Notes: generated from the letters alone by a model not told the origin. A stretch of 64,000 nucleotides of DNA from Octopus vulgaris (GCA_951406725.2 OX597828.1:33356001-33420000), one strand, 5' to 3'; positions 43,578-57,645 are shown, counted from the stretch's first letter. Numbers and translations: made by a program.

Positions 43578-43855
43578 AGATGTACTCGCATAGCAAGTGA
43601 TTTGATCTGAGATCGTGTGCTGGAACGAAAACAATTGCAGCGTGGAAGGTGTTTGTAAGCCATTTAAGAAACACACAAAAGCCGTTCGATTCACTTCAAC
43701 ATTTAAGTTTAATTTGTCAAAATATTTTCGTCGCTAAAATCCGCGACCTGTTCACTGACAAAAATCCGACAAATTAAACTTAAATGTTGAAGTGAATCGA
43801 ACGGCTTTTGTGTGTTTCTTAAATGGCTTACAAAAACCTTCCACGCTGCAATTGT
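43575..43855 (-). mobile_element. Foldback element in (TA)n with 88-bp arms and a G3-C8 hammerhead motif in the loop
   Basis: Arms 43631-43718 / 43768-43855 (one mismatch seen). Minus 43713-43762: TTTGTCA-GTGAACA-G-GTCGC(GGATTTTA)GCGAC-GAAA-ATAT-TT-TGACAAA. Confidence 0.75.
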
Positions 43856-43869
43856 ATATATATATATAC

Positions 43870-44058
43870 ATAGTTGAAATTTACAGAAAAACAAAAGACG
43901 AAGACAGGTGTATAAACAACAAGCAAATGTTTCACGCTCGGGAAGTTGAGAAAGTCATTTACGTTTCGAGCCTACGCTCTTCAACAGGAAGGAACACGAG
44001 GAAATAAATAGAGACAGAATAAAAAAAACAACTTTAGGAGTTAGGGGTAAATCATATT
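43870..44058 (-). mobile_element. Short TA-embedded repeat with atypical hammerhead-like motif
   Basis: Minus strand CTGTTGA-A-GAGC(GTAG)GCTC-GAAA-CG-TA at ~43960-43987. A6 is replaced by U and stem I is weak. Similar to the degenerate motif at 20523-20550. Confidence 0.45.
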
Positions 44059-44282
44059 TATATATATATTTAGAATATTTAGGAAATTACTTGATACAGT
44101 TATAAGATTTAGAGAAAGATTTTTTCAAAAAGTTAAGATGAATAAAAAAATTATAAATAAAATTATAACTAAAAAGAGTAGAATGATACTAACCTTTAGG
44201 AAGGAATTTCACAAACTGTGTGTAGGATTTAAGAAACGTTGAAGCGTTTTCAGTTCTCAATGATTTCAAGCACGCGTTGTGG

Positions 44283-44319
<37 letters not shown>

Positions 44320-44425
44320 TACACAAATATATGTGCATATATACATATATGTATGCATATATATATACATATACATATATACATATACACACATATATAT
44401 ACATACATATGTATATATATACATA

Positions 44426-44469
<44 letters not shown>

Positions 44470-45260
44470 CATATATATATATATATATTTAAGTGTGTGT
44501 GTATGTATGTACAAATATATATATATATATTGTGCGTGTATGTATGTATGCATATATATGTGTGCGTGTGTGTGTGTGTATGTGTGTGTGTGTGTGTGTG
44601 TGTATGTGTGTATGTGTGTGTGTGTGTGTGTGTGTGCGTGTGTGTTTACGCGTGTCTGTGTGCATGCGTGTTTGCATCTGTTCAGACTAGAATTTTGTTT
44701 TGCTTTGTGCTTGTTTGCACCAATTCTTCTGTTGCTTGAAAAAAATATATATGATTTTCACAAACATTGTGTTATATACGAGGTAAAATTCAATTTATTG
44801 CTCTTGAAATAAAATGTTTGCTGTTTAAAATTAATTTACATTATTTCTGTTCTCGTTCAGGAACTGAATTATTCAAGTTTGGAGACCAGAATAGCGAAAA
44901 CACACAAAAAAATAAAAATAAAATAAAAGTATGTGTATCTGTTTGTGTATATTTTTGTTTGTGAGTGTGTATGTGTGAGTGTGCGCTTGCGCATGTGCGT
45001 GTGTCTGCGTGTTTGCGCGCGCGCGCGTGAGTATTTACGTTAGTGTATAGAAAGAGAGACAGAAGAGAGAAGGGTAGGACAAAGAATGTGAAAGTCGGAC
45101 TGACAAATACAGCGAATGCCAAAAAGTTACAGTAGTAGTAGTAGTAGTAGTAGTAGTGGTTGGGGTAGTTGGTACTAGATATGTATGTATTTGTATGTAT
45201 CCATACACACACACACTCATATACATGTATATATATATACATACACACACACACACACAT

Positions 45261-45332
<72 letters not shown>

Positions 45333-45424
45333 CTCATGAACCGAATCCCGTTTCTATGTGTAAATAAGTGTGTATGCGTGTGTGCATAGATTTAGGCATA
45401 GGCACGTTCGCACACACGCATATG

Positions 45425-45471
<47 letters not shown>

Positions 45472-46329
45472 TTGTATGTTTATGTGTGTATGTAAGTATT
45501 GAGTATGTATGTATGTATGCATGCATGTATTGTTGTATAATATTTCTCCTATTTCATTTACCAAATTCCTAAACCATACGCCAACTCGCTTTCGAATTAT
45601 ACAATTAAACATGCATGTAAATGGCAAGAGAATATTCTATATAACACTTCCCATCCATTAGCTAAAACGTAAATATTTAGAACGTACTTCAGTGATATCG
45701 AATCAAGCACAGCTCGCAAATGATTTAAATGATATAACATCTCTTCACAGGCAGTTGCTATTGTATAAACGAACTTTTATTTTCAAAGTTGAAGTGTTTG
45801 TTCTATGTTGAATCTTGGAGAACTTAAAATGCTTAAACAATATCTGATGAAATCAACTAAAATGCTTCAAATTACTTCGCGACTTACTTTATAAAAAAAA
45901 CAATGACTTGTATTTGTGAATAATTTTTATTGGTGTTTTATAATTAGCTTTCTCCATAAATAATTTTTTCATAAAAAGTTATACAGATAGACACGGATAT
46001 ATATACATATACAATGTTCCAATATATATGTGTATGTGTGTGTATATATATATATATATATGTTGTACCAATATATTTATATATGTATATATATATATGT
46101 TCACATGCACATATATATATATATATATATATGTACACATGCACATACATATAAATATATATATATATCTACATATGTGTGAGTGTGTGTGTGTACATAT
46201 TATGTATATATGCACACACAAGATATATCCTTGTCTTAGACAAGGATATTCCTTTTATACTCGACGCGCGCCTTTACTGTCAATGTTGCCGACATCATCC
46301 GTTCATAGAGCAATAAGAACAGCCAAGAG

Positions 46330-46378
46330 GGCGGCGAGCTGGCAGAATCGTTAGCACGTCGGCCGAAATGCTCAGCAG
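46330..46378 (+). mobile_element. SINE family A 5' head fragment
   Basis: GGCGGCGAGCTGGCAGAATCGTTAGCACG. Confidence 0.7.
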
Positions 46379-46439
46379 TTCGGTCCCTTTAGAGAACGTA
46401 CATTAAGAACACCTTTTAGATCCCTTTGCCAAAGATTTC

Positions 46440-46930
46440 CAAAATCAATTAGATGGCACTGTTTGGATCGAGATTGCATCCATGTTGTAATGTGACATTC
46501 TTTGTTTTACCTGGGCCCTTAATATATATAAGTCCATCTCTGTGCAACGCTGAAGGAATAGCAAACCAATCATTTTCCTTACTCCATCTCTTCCAAGATA
46601 TCTTCATGTGTTCCAATCAGCGCCAACTATAAAGTCACCAAACAAAATAATTTTATCACAATTAGTTATACCACGCAAACACTCTTCTAAAGCTATATAG
46701 AATTCAAGTTTTGCTTCTTCGCTACTATCTAGAGTCGGTGCATATGGACTTATAATTGTTGCATGGCAATCATCTCTTAATTTCATGCATAGAGCCATGA
46801 CTCTTTCATTAATACCCTTTGGTAATTTGATCAAGTTTGACATTATCTGATTTTTAATGGCAAATATTATATTCGCTTCCATACACTGTCCTTTTCCCTT
46901 TCAGAATATTGTATACCCTGCAAATACTTC
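46440..46930 (-). mobile_element. RTE-clade LINE AP-endonuclease fragment
   Basis: FAIKNQ...PKGINERVMAL...ATIISPYAPTLDSSEEAKLEFY...DKIILFGDF, typical of APE-like EN motifs. Confidence 0.85.
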
Positions 46931-47065
46931 AGAAACCTGATTATCACACAATCAGCAAGAATCTGAGAATTCTACAATATCTACAGGATATTTTCGTAAT
47001 GGCTGTTTTACACTCAGGATTAGCAAACATTTCTTGTGAAGCACAAGGTCTCAAGTTTAGGGGAA

Positions 47066-47421
47066 GAGATTAAGTCGATTACATCGACTTAATCCCCTGG
47101 TACTTAATTTATCGACCCCTAAATGATGAAGGGCAAAGTCGACCTCGGCGGAATTTGAACTCAGAACGTAACGGCAGACGAAATACCTATTTCTATTTCT
47201 TTACTACCCACAAAGGGCTAAACGTAGAGGATAAACAAGGACAGACAAACGGATTAAGTCGTTTATATCGACCCCAGTACGTAACTGGTACTTAATTTAT
47301 CGACCCGAAAGGATGAAAGGCAAAATCGACCTCGGCGGAATATGAACTCAGAACGTAACGGCAGACGAAATACCGCTAAGCACTTCACCCGGCGTGCTAA
47401 CGATTCTGCCAGTTCGCTGCC
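47066..47421 (-). mobile_element. Two tandem SINE family A units
   Basis: Duplicated GACCTCGGCGGAA..TGAACTCAGAACGTAACGGCAGACGAAATACC at ~47141 and ~47328. Confidence 0.9.
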
Positions 47422-47429
47422 CTCAGGAT

Positions 47430-47940
47430 TAGCTATCATGCGGGGGACTATCATTATAACTACTTATTTATTTTTTCAATTGTTTCGAGAGTTACATGCA
47501 CATCAGCCAGTCGCGCTAAACTGACAAGATTTTTATGAGGTAAGCAATTTGGGGGAGACAATAAAGAGTTGTTATGTAGAGCTGATGACCCCGGGGTTTG
47601 TGAACGTTGCAAAAGAAGTGGCCGTCCACCCACACCACGATCAGCGCAGAACATGGCAACAGTGCAGGAGATGTTTAATCTCAGATGTTTAATGAAGCAG
47701 CTCATGAAAGTGGACTAACAAGGCAGACAATACGTCCGCGCGAACACCATTAGGTGCAGGAGATAAAACCTGAAGACTGTGACTGTAGAAGTCCAGAAGT
47801 CCAGAACTCTAAGAAGTCTAGATCTCACTCCATGTGATTTTTACCTGTAGGGTTATGCAAAAGAGGGAACAAGACAAGACCTCGCACACTTCGAGCTGCA
47901 CGGACTATACCGAACTGGCTTGGTGTCTCAATTTAAGTAC
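47430..47940 (+). mobile_element. Deleted Tc1/mariner-superfamily (Tc3/DD37D-like) transposase relic
   Basis: SGRPPTPRSAQNMATVQEMF near 47617, and LRSLDLTPCDFYL*GYAKE near 47808 (SPDLTPCDFFLWG motif). Confidence 0.55.
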
Positions 47941-48470
47941 ATAATTCAACTGAATCTTATATATATATAAATATATGTGTGTGTGTGTGTGTGTGTTTGT
48001 GTGTGTGTGTCTATGTGTGTGTGTGTGTAGTCTATATTTTTTGTATATATATATATAGATTTATATCTTATTCTAATAGACCCACTGGAATTGTTGAGTC
48101 AAACACCTAGCTTCGGTGTGTTCCTTGTTAAACCTCACTGTTATCTCCATTGCTCTATAATGCCATTTGAATGCTCGTTTTGTAATTTGGCATGTTCGTT
48201 TCTCTTTTCGTGCCACAAGACTTGTGGTGATAGGACGGTGGCGTCGGGTACAGAGCAAATTGGTTGGAGGTATCTAGTCCTCAACCTGCAAACAGGCGGC
48301 CTTTGATAGCTGCAATGTCGCTTCTTCATCAGCTCGAAGTAATGGTGGGATTTGGCGACTCCGTTATGTGTCGGAACAGCCCCTATTAGGGACAGCACTG
48401 CTCACCAAGGGTATTTGGAGTGATACTAAAAACTCCTTAAGCAATTTCTAATGCCTAGTTAATTTACACC

Positions 48471-48540
<70 letters not shown>

Positions 48541-48560
48541 CCCATATATATATATATAAC

Positions 48561-48644
<84 letters not shown>

Positions 48645-48645
48645 C

Positions 48646-48969
48646 CTTACCACACACCGAATTTAGAAATAGCAGTCAAAGAGTTATAGCTATTCTTTCT
48701 ACTAAAAGGGAGATCTAGTGTCCTACGCTGATGAGAAAAGAAGTTGGGTAAGACATAATTATCTAATTCTTATGCTTTCCTAAAACTTAATTTCGAAACG
48801 TACGTCCGTAGGTGACTTAAAATTGTATGATAGATTGCCGTCATGTCTTTCTCTCTTGCCTGTCTGTGTTTGCCTTTCAAGTGCTGTGGTTTTACTGAGA
48901 TCTCCCTTTTAGTAGAAAGAATAGCTATAACTCTTTGACTGCTATTTCTAAATTCGGTGTGTGGTGAGG
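48646..48969 (+). mobile_element. Non-autonomous PLE-derived/retrozyme-like foldback element in (TA)n
   Basis: ~70-bp near-perfect inverted repeats (48646-48715 / 48897-48969) enclosing a canonical hammerhead. Confidence 0.8.
48722..48812 (+). ncRNA. Canonical type I hammerhead ribozyme motif
   Basis: CCTACG-CTGATGA-(stem II GAAA...TTTC, ~60 nt)-GAAA-CGTACG-TC-CGTAGG. All core nucleotides present, GUC at 48804-48806, palindromic stem III ACGTACGT. Confidence 0.85.
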
Positions 48970-49034
48970 CAAATCGTTGCTAAACCCTTAATTACTTAGT
49001 ATATATATAACCCATATATATATATATATATAAC

Positions 49035-49098
<64 letters not shown>

Positions 49099-49100
49099 CC

Positions 49101-49143
<43 letters not shown>

Positions 49144-49637
49144 CCCATGCTAGCATGGAAAATGGACGTTAAATGATGATGATATATATATATATATATA
49201 TATACATACATATATGTATGGGTATAAAGGTATATGAGAGAATATAAAAAATCAATATAAAGTTATGAATATGTGAATATAAGGTTTAAAAATATACAAT
49301 ATGTATACACATACGCACACGCACTCATACACACACAAACACACATAGACACAAGCAAACAAAATATGATATGCACATATACACATATTTGTTAGATGGC
49401 CGTTGAATACTCACGAGTCCTTCCGCCCTCTAACGAGCATAATTTTCCATCCCCCAGGATGTCCAGCAGTCACCCTCGTAACCAAGCAAGTTCGCTGGGG
49501 TTGCCACTTTAGTCGGCGACGACTCGACCATGGTACAGGTTATACTCGGTGACATGTTAGAAGCAGTGCTCAAGAGCGACCGGAACATGTGATGTCATTA
49601 TATGGATAGATAGATAAATAGATAGATAGATAGATAT

Positions 49638-49706
<69 letters not shown>

Positions 49707-49818
49707 TAGATAGATAGATAGAGAGAGAGAGAGAAAGAGAGAGATCTTTTAAGTTCGTTTTCATGGAAATGTATTTGAGTACACAAATAAAAACTATTTT
49801 AACATGTCGGCTACAGCC

Positions 49819-50136
49819 TAATGGTACCAGTTTGGAATAGCAGTTTTATGAGGTTGTACCGAGCTGTGCCGATATAATGTGGGATAAATATAGTAATAAT
49901 GACAATAATCCAAGGGTGGAATTTATAAATATATTAATGCATCGCTACGTGCGTTTATACAAATCACATTTTTTATTATCATAGTCCGTATTCCTGGGAT
50001 GATTACAGTGCATTCCGTAACTATCCCAGGAATACGGACTATGATCCTAAAAAAACATGATTTGTGGAAACATTAAAATATTTATAAATTCTATCCATGG
50101 ACTTTTATCATAATTATTACTACACACACACACACA

Positions 50137-50223
<87 letters not shown>

Positions 50224-50296
50224 ATTTATCCTGCGTTATATCGGCACGGCTTCGGTACAACCTCATAAAACTTCTATTATTAAATTGGTATCATTA
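49819..50296. mobile_element. Palindromic foldback/MITE-like element
   Basis: Perfect 23-bp central stem 49978-50000 / 50023-50045. Outer arms remain complementary despite a (CA)n/(ATT)n expansion in the right arm. Confidence 0.75.
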
Positions 50297-50354
50297 TATA
50301 CATACTCAAAAACATTTCCCGTAAACGAACTGAATATATATATGTGTGTGTGTC

Positions 50355-51113
<759 letters not shown>

Positions 51114-51474
51114 ATATATATATATATATATACATACCTGTTTTTTTTTATATCTATATGTACCAACTCACATATATTTATCTATATAATGACATTATAA
51201 GTAAGGTCGCTCTGGAGCGCTACTACTAATATGTAACTCAGTACAAACTGTATCATGGTGGAGTCATCGGCGAATATATATGTGTGTGTGAGTGTGTGTG
51301 TGTTTGTATGTGTGCGTGTGTGTGTGTGTGTGAATTTAATTAGAGGGTATGTCAATCTCATGAAGGGATGGTTGCATCCAAGGAAATTCTGGTTCAATAC
51401 CTAGTATTTTGGAGGAATTGAAATTCCCTTAAACCAATAATATATTTAAAGCATATAGTTTATATCCATTTAAA

Positions 51475-51700
51475 AGAAGAAAGAAAATTGAGATTAAGAA
51501 GTAAATAATTGTTTATTATTATCAGTAAATTGGTCATCTTCGCTTCTTACAGACGTTTCGATTAATACTTAATAATTTAATTCCAAATTTGTAATTAAAT
51601 TATTGAGTACTAATTGAATTAACTGTAAGGAGCCAAAATTGCCAATTTCTTGTTAATAATAAACAATTACTAACTTCCTAATCTTCAGTTTTTTCTTCTG
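51475..51700. repeat. Diverged AT-rich palindrome abutting (TA)n
   Basis: Arms are complementary around ~51586 (e.g. CTTACAG/CTGTAAG, TAATTGTTTATTATT/AATAATAAACAATTA). Confidence 0.7.
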
Positions 51701-51746
<46 letters not shown>

Positions 51747-51996
51747 GTGTGTGTGTGTGTATATATACACACACACACAAAAGTATGGGGTTTAGTTCGC
51801 AGGTGATCTAAACTACTAGTTACGCTGGGTAAGTGCTATAACGTATTACCAGGGCTCCAAGGATATAGCCGAGATGGGAGTTATGGACCCATTGCCTGTT
51901 TCCAATGCAGCGGATATATAATTGTTAAAGAGGGCAACACATTTGAGATGTTTGACTTGACTTAAATTTTGCTGTCCTCTTTAACAATTATATATA

Positions 51997-52261
51997 CAGT
52001 TCTATATTTAAGAGATGAGGAATTATGTACATTATTTACATTTGACGATATTTGTCCTCCTCCTGTTTGTTGTTAACACAACGTTTTGACTGATATACCC
52101 GCCAGACTTCATCCGGTGTCTTGGGGAAATCTCAAACCTGGGTACTCATTCCTAAGGTATTTTTCGATGTTGTTGTTGTTATTATTATTATTATTAATCG
52201 AAATTGGAAACTAGGGGTTAGTAGCCCGCGCTCTTAACCACTACGCCATATGCTCGTGGGC
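51997..52261 (-). mobile_element. SINE-like element: tRNA-like head plus hammerhead-like 3' module
   Basis: Minus strand A box TGGCGTAGTGG followed by TTAAGAGCGCGGGCTACTAACCCC, an (AAT)n spacer, then ACAC-CGGATGA-A-GTCTG..CAGTC-AAAA-CG-TT-GTGT (two core substitutions). Confidence 0.65.
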
Positions 52262-52318
52262 ATGCACACACAGAGACACACACATATATATATATATATA
52301 TTTATATATACATATACA

Positions 52319-52371
<53 letters not shown>

Positions 52372-52799
52372 CTATATTAAATCTCTGAGCGAGATATATA
52401 TATACACGAGCGTGCGTGTCCTGTAACTTAGCAGGTTGGTAAAAGATTAATATCTGACGAATTGCGCATTTCCTTCGTTCTACGTCCAAATAACATTGAG
52501 CTGAGATAGTCTGTTACCGTATTTGATGGCTCATAAAACGCATTTTTTTGCTCACAAAATTTATCTCAATAATTCACGCCGGTAAGCTAATCCCATAAGC
52601 TAATCTTATCCTTGAGGCTCACTACAACGGGCTAATTTTCATCCAGGCAATCTCTTCTACGTAGCCTAACTTAATCATAATAATATTTATTCATCCTTAT
52701 TCCTGTATAGAATACTCTTCTCCACTATCGCTAAACAACTTTTGCAATGTCTTGTAATGTACTGCCTGACTGCTTGCAATTTTGTATGCTTTAATGTAT

Positions 52800-53875
<1,076 letters not shown>

Positions 53876-53919
53876 TAAGTAGACTAAAGCACGTAAAATT
53901 CATCTTTTTGCATCCGCAG

Positions 53920-54110
53920 GTTCAGCTTCTGGAATGCGGCCATCCTGGGGCTCGGCCTTCAACGGATAAGTTGATCAGATCGACTCCATTACTTATTTTT
54001 GAAGTTTGGTACTCATTCTATTCGTTTAATTGAACCAAGAATTTACGGGAGCACAAACAACCATTAGCGAGTGTCAAGTGACTGTGGGTTGGGGGGACAA
54101 GCGTGCACAA
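53920..54110 (-). mobile_element. SINE family B 3' half, diverged
   Basis: GTTCAGCTTCTGGAATGCGGCCATCCTGGGGC...GGGGGACAA, leading into the internal microsatellite. Confidence 0.55.
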
Positions 54111-54214
54111 AGAAACACTCGTACGTACATATGCATGTATGCACCTATGTATATGTGTATATTTATATATGTATGTATGTATATATACACACAGACGGAT
54201 GTGCATAATTCCAC

Positions 54215-54907
54215 ATTTAACAAGGTAAAATATTTAAGATAAAATAAAATTTTACCTGTGTCTCGGAAAATCTAATCTATGGCATTACATGCTTAGTGTG
54301 TGGTAATAATTATATTAGCCAAACAGGATTATCTCTCCGTCGAAGAACCACTCTCCACAAAGAACAAATCCGCCACCCACAATACAGACAGATACAGGTT
54401 AGTGAACACATAGAAAGGTGTGCTAGGAATCTTAATCCTAATTTCCTAATTTTCCCATTCTATCAATGTTCACAGAACACCTCACAAAGAATGAATAAAG
54501 AGGCAACTGAATATGAACACATAACATAATACAGAAAATTATTAATCTTCCAATTAATACCACTAACACTTATACATCCCATACACCATTCACATTACAA
54601 ATCTATATCTACCCTAATTGCACCAAATCCAGAACTACTTGCCTCCCTTACACATGATGTTTTTACTCAGGGACTAGTAGACCTGACACCGTTCATTAAC
54701 CGATGTGAATTCAAAGCAATGATTAGTAAATTTACGAAACCGGTATGCTTTTAAATCTCTTTAACAACTCACAATAATGACTTTTATTACTTTTATTCCT
54801 ACCTCAGTTCATCTAATTGTATATATCTTTCGTTACTTTTCATAAAAAGCCTTTAATTTTTTTTAGTTTCAATGTGCATTTTCGCTTATTTACTTTCTTA
54901 CTTTTCC

Positions 54908-54910
<3 letters not shown>
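54215..54910 (+). mobile_element. Penelope-like (Neptune-type) 3' end: GIY-YIG fragment plus pLTR with hammerhead
   Basis: FTCVSENLIYGITCLVCGNNYISQTGLSLRRRTTLHKEQIRHPQYRQIQVSEHIERC...FLIFPFY (~54250-54529), hammerhead at 54713-54751, ends at (TA)n. Confidence 0.8.
54713..54751 (+). ncRNA. Minimal type I hammerhead motif, A3-U8 variant
   Basis: AAAGCA-ATGATTA-GTA(AATT)TAC-GAAA-CCGG-TA-TGCTTT. Perfect stems, GUA triplet. Confidence 0.75.
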
Positions 54911-54993
<83 letters not shown>

Positions 54994-55007
54994 ATTTCGC
55001 TTAGGAA

Positions 55008-55165
55008 GGCGGCGAGCTGGCAGAATCGTTAGCACGCCGAGGTCAACTTGCCCTTCATCCTATCGGGGTCGATAAATTAAGTACCAGTTGAGTACTGTGG
55101 TCGATGTGATCGTCCGGCCCCTTGCCCCAAACTTTCAAGCTGTGAACCTGAAGTAGAAAGGATTA
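55008..55165 (+). mobile_element. SINE family A, internally deleted
   Basis: Head GGCGGCGAGCTGGCAGAATCGTTAGCACGCC joined directly to GAGGTCAACTTGCCC. Confidence 0.85.
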
Positions 55166-55522
55166 TTTCGCTTAGCCATAGCGAGACTAATAAACAGGTG
55201 AAGAACTCAATACACATATGGTCCAAAATAGAATGTTAGATGAGTATTGAGTAGTAATAAGAAAGAACAAAGAGATGACATCTGGAAAAAAACAAACGTC
55301 ATATTCTGAATTTTATTAGCTTACAATTATTTCTGCTATAAGATGTAGTGGATTCTTCGTTGAGACCCTGGGTAACATCCTATACCTTTGTAGACAGTTA
55401 TCGCCCTTAAAACTAGATGTCTCATCCATTGGTCACTGGATGCCGCACGTCGTGGTGATGCATTGTGGGAGAATTAAATCTATAGCTTTTGGACGGCGCA
55501 ACCGAAGCGATTAGACGTATTA

Positions 55523-56814
55523 CGAGGGGCGTTCAATAAGTAATGCCCCTGACCCACTTCCCATAGCAGTAGAGCAACGAAACTTGGCACAGTTATTAGT
55601 CTTTTTCTACATAGGAACCACCCAGAGTTACGCATTTCTCCCATCGTTTGATGCGGCTCTGGAGACCGTTTTTGTAGAAGAACCCAGCTTGGTCCTCCAA
55701 CCTCAACGTGACTTCAGAAATCAAGGTTGCATCATCTGGGAAACGCTTTCCTTTCAAAAACAACTTCATGATTGGGAAGAGGTGAAAATCAGAGGGTGCA
55801 AGGTCAGGAAAGTAGGGGGGATGGGGAGGAGTTCATAGCCATACGCCTGTGCTTCTGATCTGGCGACAAGCGAGTTGTGGACTGGAGCGTTGTCCTGCAG
55901 GAGGAGGATGCCTTTGCTGATCTTGCCCCGCCTCTTGATTTTGATAACTTCTCTTAATTTCCTCAAAAGTGAAGAATAATAGGCTCCTGGCAATTGTGGT
56001 ACCCTTTGCCAGGAAATCTGTCATCACTACTCCGTCCTGGTCCCAGAAGACTGTGAGCATGACCTTGCCAGCGGAGGGCTGCACCCTTGCCTTCTTTGGA
56101 GGGGGTGAGTCACGGTGCTTCCACTGCATTGACTGGGCTTTGGTCTCTGGATCATCGTGATGGACCCAGGTTTCATCCTGTGTAATCAGTCTTTTGAAAA
56201 AATTTGACTCATCTTCTTGGCACATCTCCAAATTCACCCTCGAGCAATCGACGCGTTCTTGCTTCTGGAAAGATGTGAGCAACCTGGGAATCCATCTGGC
56301 AGACACCTTTTGCATATGCAAATGGTCATGAATGATAGTTTCCACAGACCCGGTACTAATCTTGACCTCATGGGCTATTTCGCGAATAATTATGCGTCGA
56401 TCTTCCAAAATGGCAGCCTCAACTTGACGGACAGGTGCCTCATCAATGGCAGAAGTGGGCGACCAGATCTGGGAGCTGTTTCCACAGAGTTCCGACCATG
56501 TTTGAATTCACGATGCCAACTTTTTACAAGATCATATGATGGGGCATCATCAGCATAAGTTACTTTCATTTCATCAAAAGTCTCTCGTGGTGTGCGTCCT
56601 TTCAAATACAAAAACCGGATCACTGCTCGACACTTAACAGGCTCCATTTCACACTTGACTCGGTTCAAACACCTGTAAATCTGAAACCACAATTAATTCA
56701 GAGCTGTAATTTGCCACTTACTCTATAGAGATATAAATGATTGCACATGCAAAATTTCAGCTAGATCAAACAATTGCAAGTGGGTCAGAGGCATTACTTA
56801 TTGAACGTCCCTCG
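55523..56814 (-). mobile_element. Full-length mariner transposon (1292 bp, probably irritans-like)
   Basis: 37-bp TIRs CGAGGGGCGTTCAATAAGTAATGCCCCTGACCCACTT (2 mismatches between ends), TA duplication at 55521-55522 and 56815-56816. Confidence 0.95.
55596..56647 (-). pseudogene. Frameshifted mariner DD34D transposase
   Basis: MEPVKCRAVIRFL...RSGRP, WIPRLL, ITQDETWVHH, LLQDNAPVH, PDLAPSDFHLFP, ending GSYVEKD*. Split over several frames (at least three frameshifts). Confidence 0.92.
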
Positions 56815-57581
56815 TATCTTCCTGCTACGATTCCAAGTGATGAAACGGTGAAAAATGACCACCTCTTATGCATATGACTACGAACGCACAGAAACTGCCT
56901 TTATCTCTTTCTATAAAAATACTGTAATTTGCATGCAATGTAAAGGATTAAAACGAATTCCGGCTGTATTTGCAAATTCTTGTCGTCTTTTTATTCTCGT
57001 ATTTGGAGAATGTCTGTCTTCTACGCATCAGCTTTCTTTGTTAGGAGCAAAAGCTCCAAAACCTTCATCAGTGCCTCGAATATGAAACGCACATAATTTG
57101 GGGAAATTACATTTTCAGAACATGCAAGCGTTTGGAGTGACAAAGTTAATGTTGATGCCAATGGAAAGATATGTCCAGATATGTTACATAATGAAGTTCA
57201 TTACATAATAATTGGGGGGAGGGAGTTCTTTCGGTGTCACCTCATTGTTCTCATATCCACGACCATTATTTTAAACTTGTTTCTTATATATCGCTCTTTA
57301 AAAACCAGCTTATCTGAAGCCCATCCGCGGATTTACAATATAGAATTGTGATGAACCATAATTTTGAAACCTAACAAACGATGACTTGAATTTCTTCACT
57401 AATCTAAGAAATATTATTAGCCTGGTGAGTCAACAGAGAGATTATGGAGTATTTTGCCCGGATTGATAATTTCTCACTATTTGTTATATTTATGTATATA
57501 TATATATACATATATGTACATTTAGGCATATATATGTTTATACGTATATGTATATACACGTAATATACCACAAACGTATAA

Positions 57582-57628
<47 letters not shown>

Positions 57629-57645
57629 CATACATACATATGTAG

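Noticed and set aside
48536-49147. Repeated TAACCC (telomere-like) hexamers within (TA)n
   Set aside because: They are isolated single hexamers, not tandem. They are better explained by slippage of the junction with the retroelement-like tail AACCCATGCTAGCATGGAAAATGGACGTTAAATGATGATGA at 49142-49182.
51545-51629. Hammerhead candidate on the minus strand (GAAACGTC with CTTACA/TGTAAG stem)
   Set aside because: The position of the CUGANGA box reads GTTAATTC, and the pairing is explained by the surrounding palindrome.
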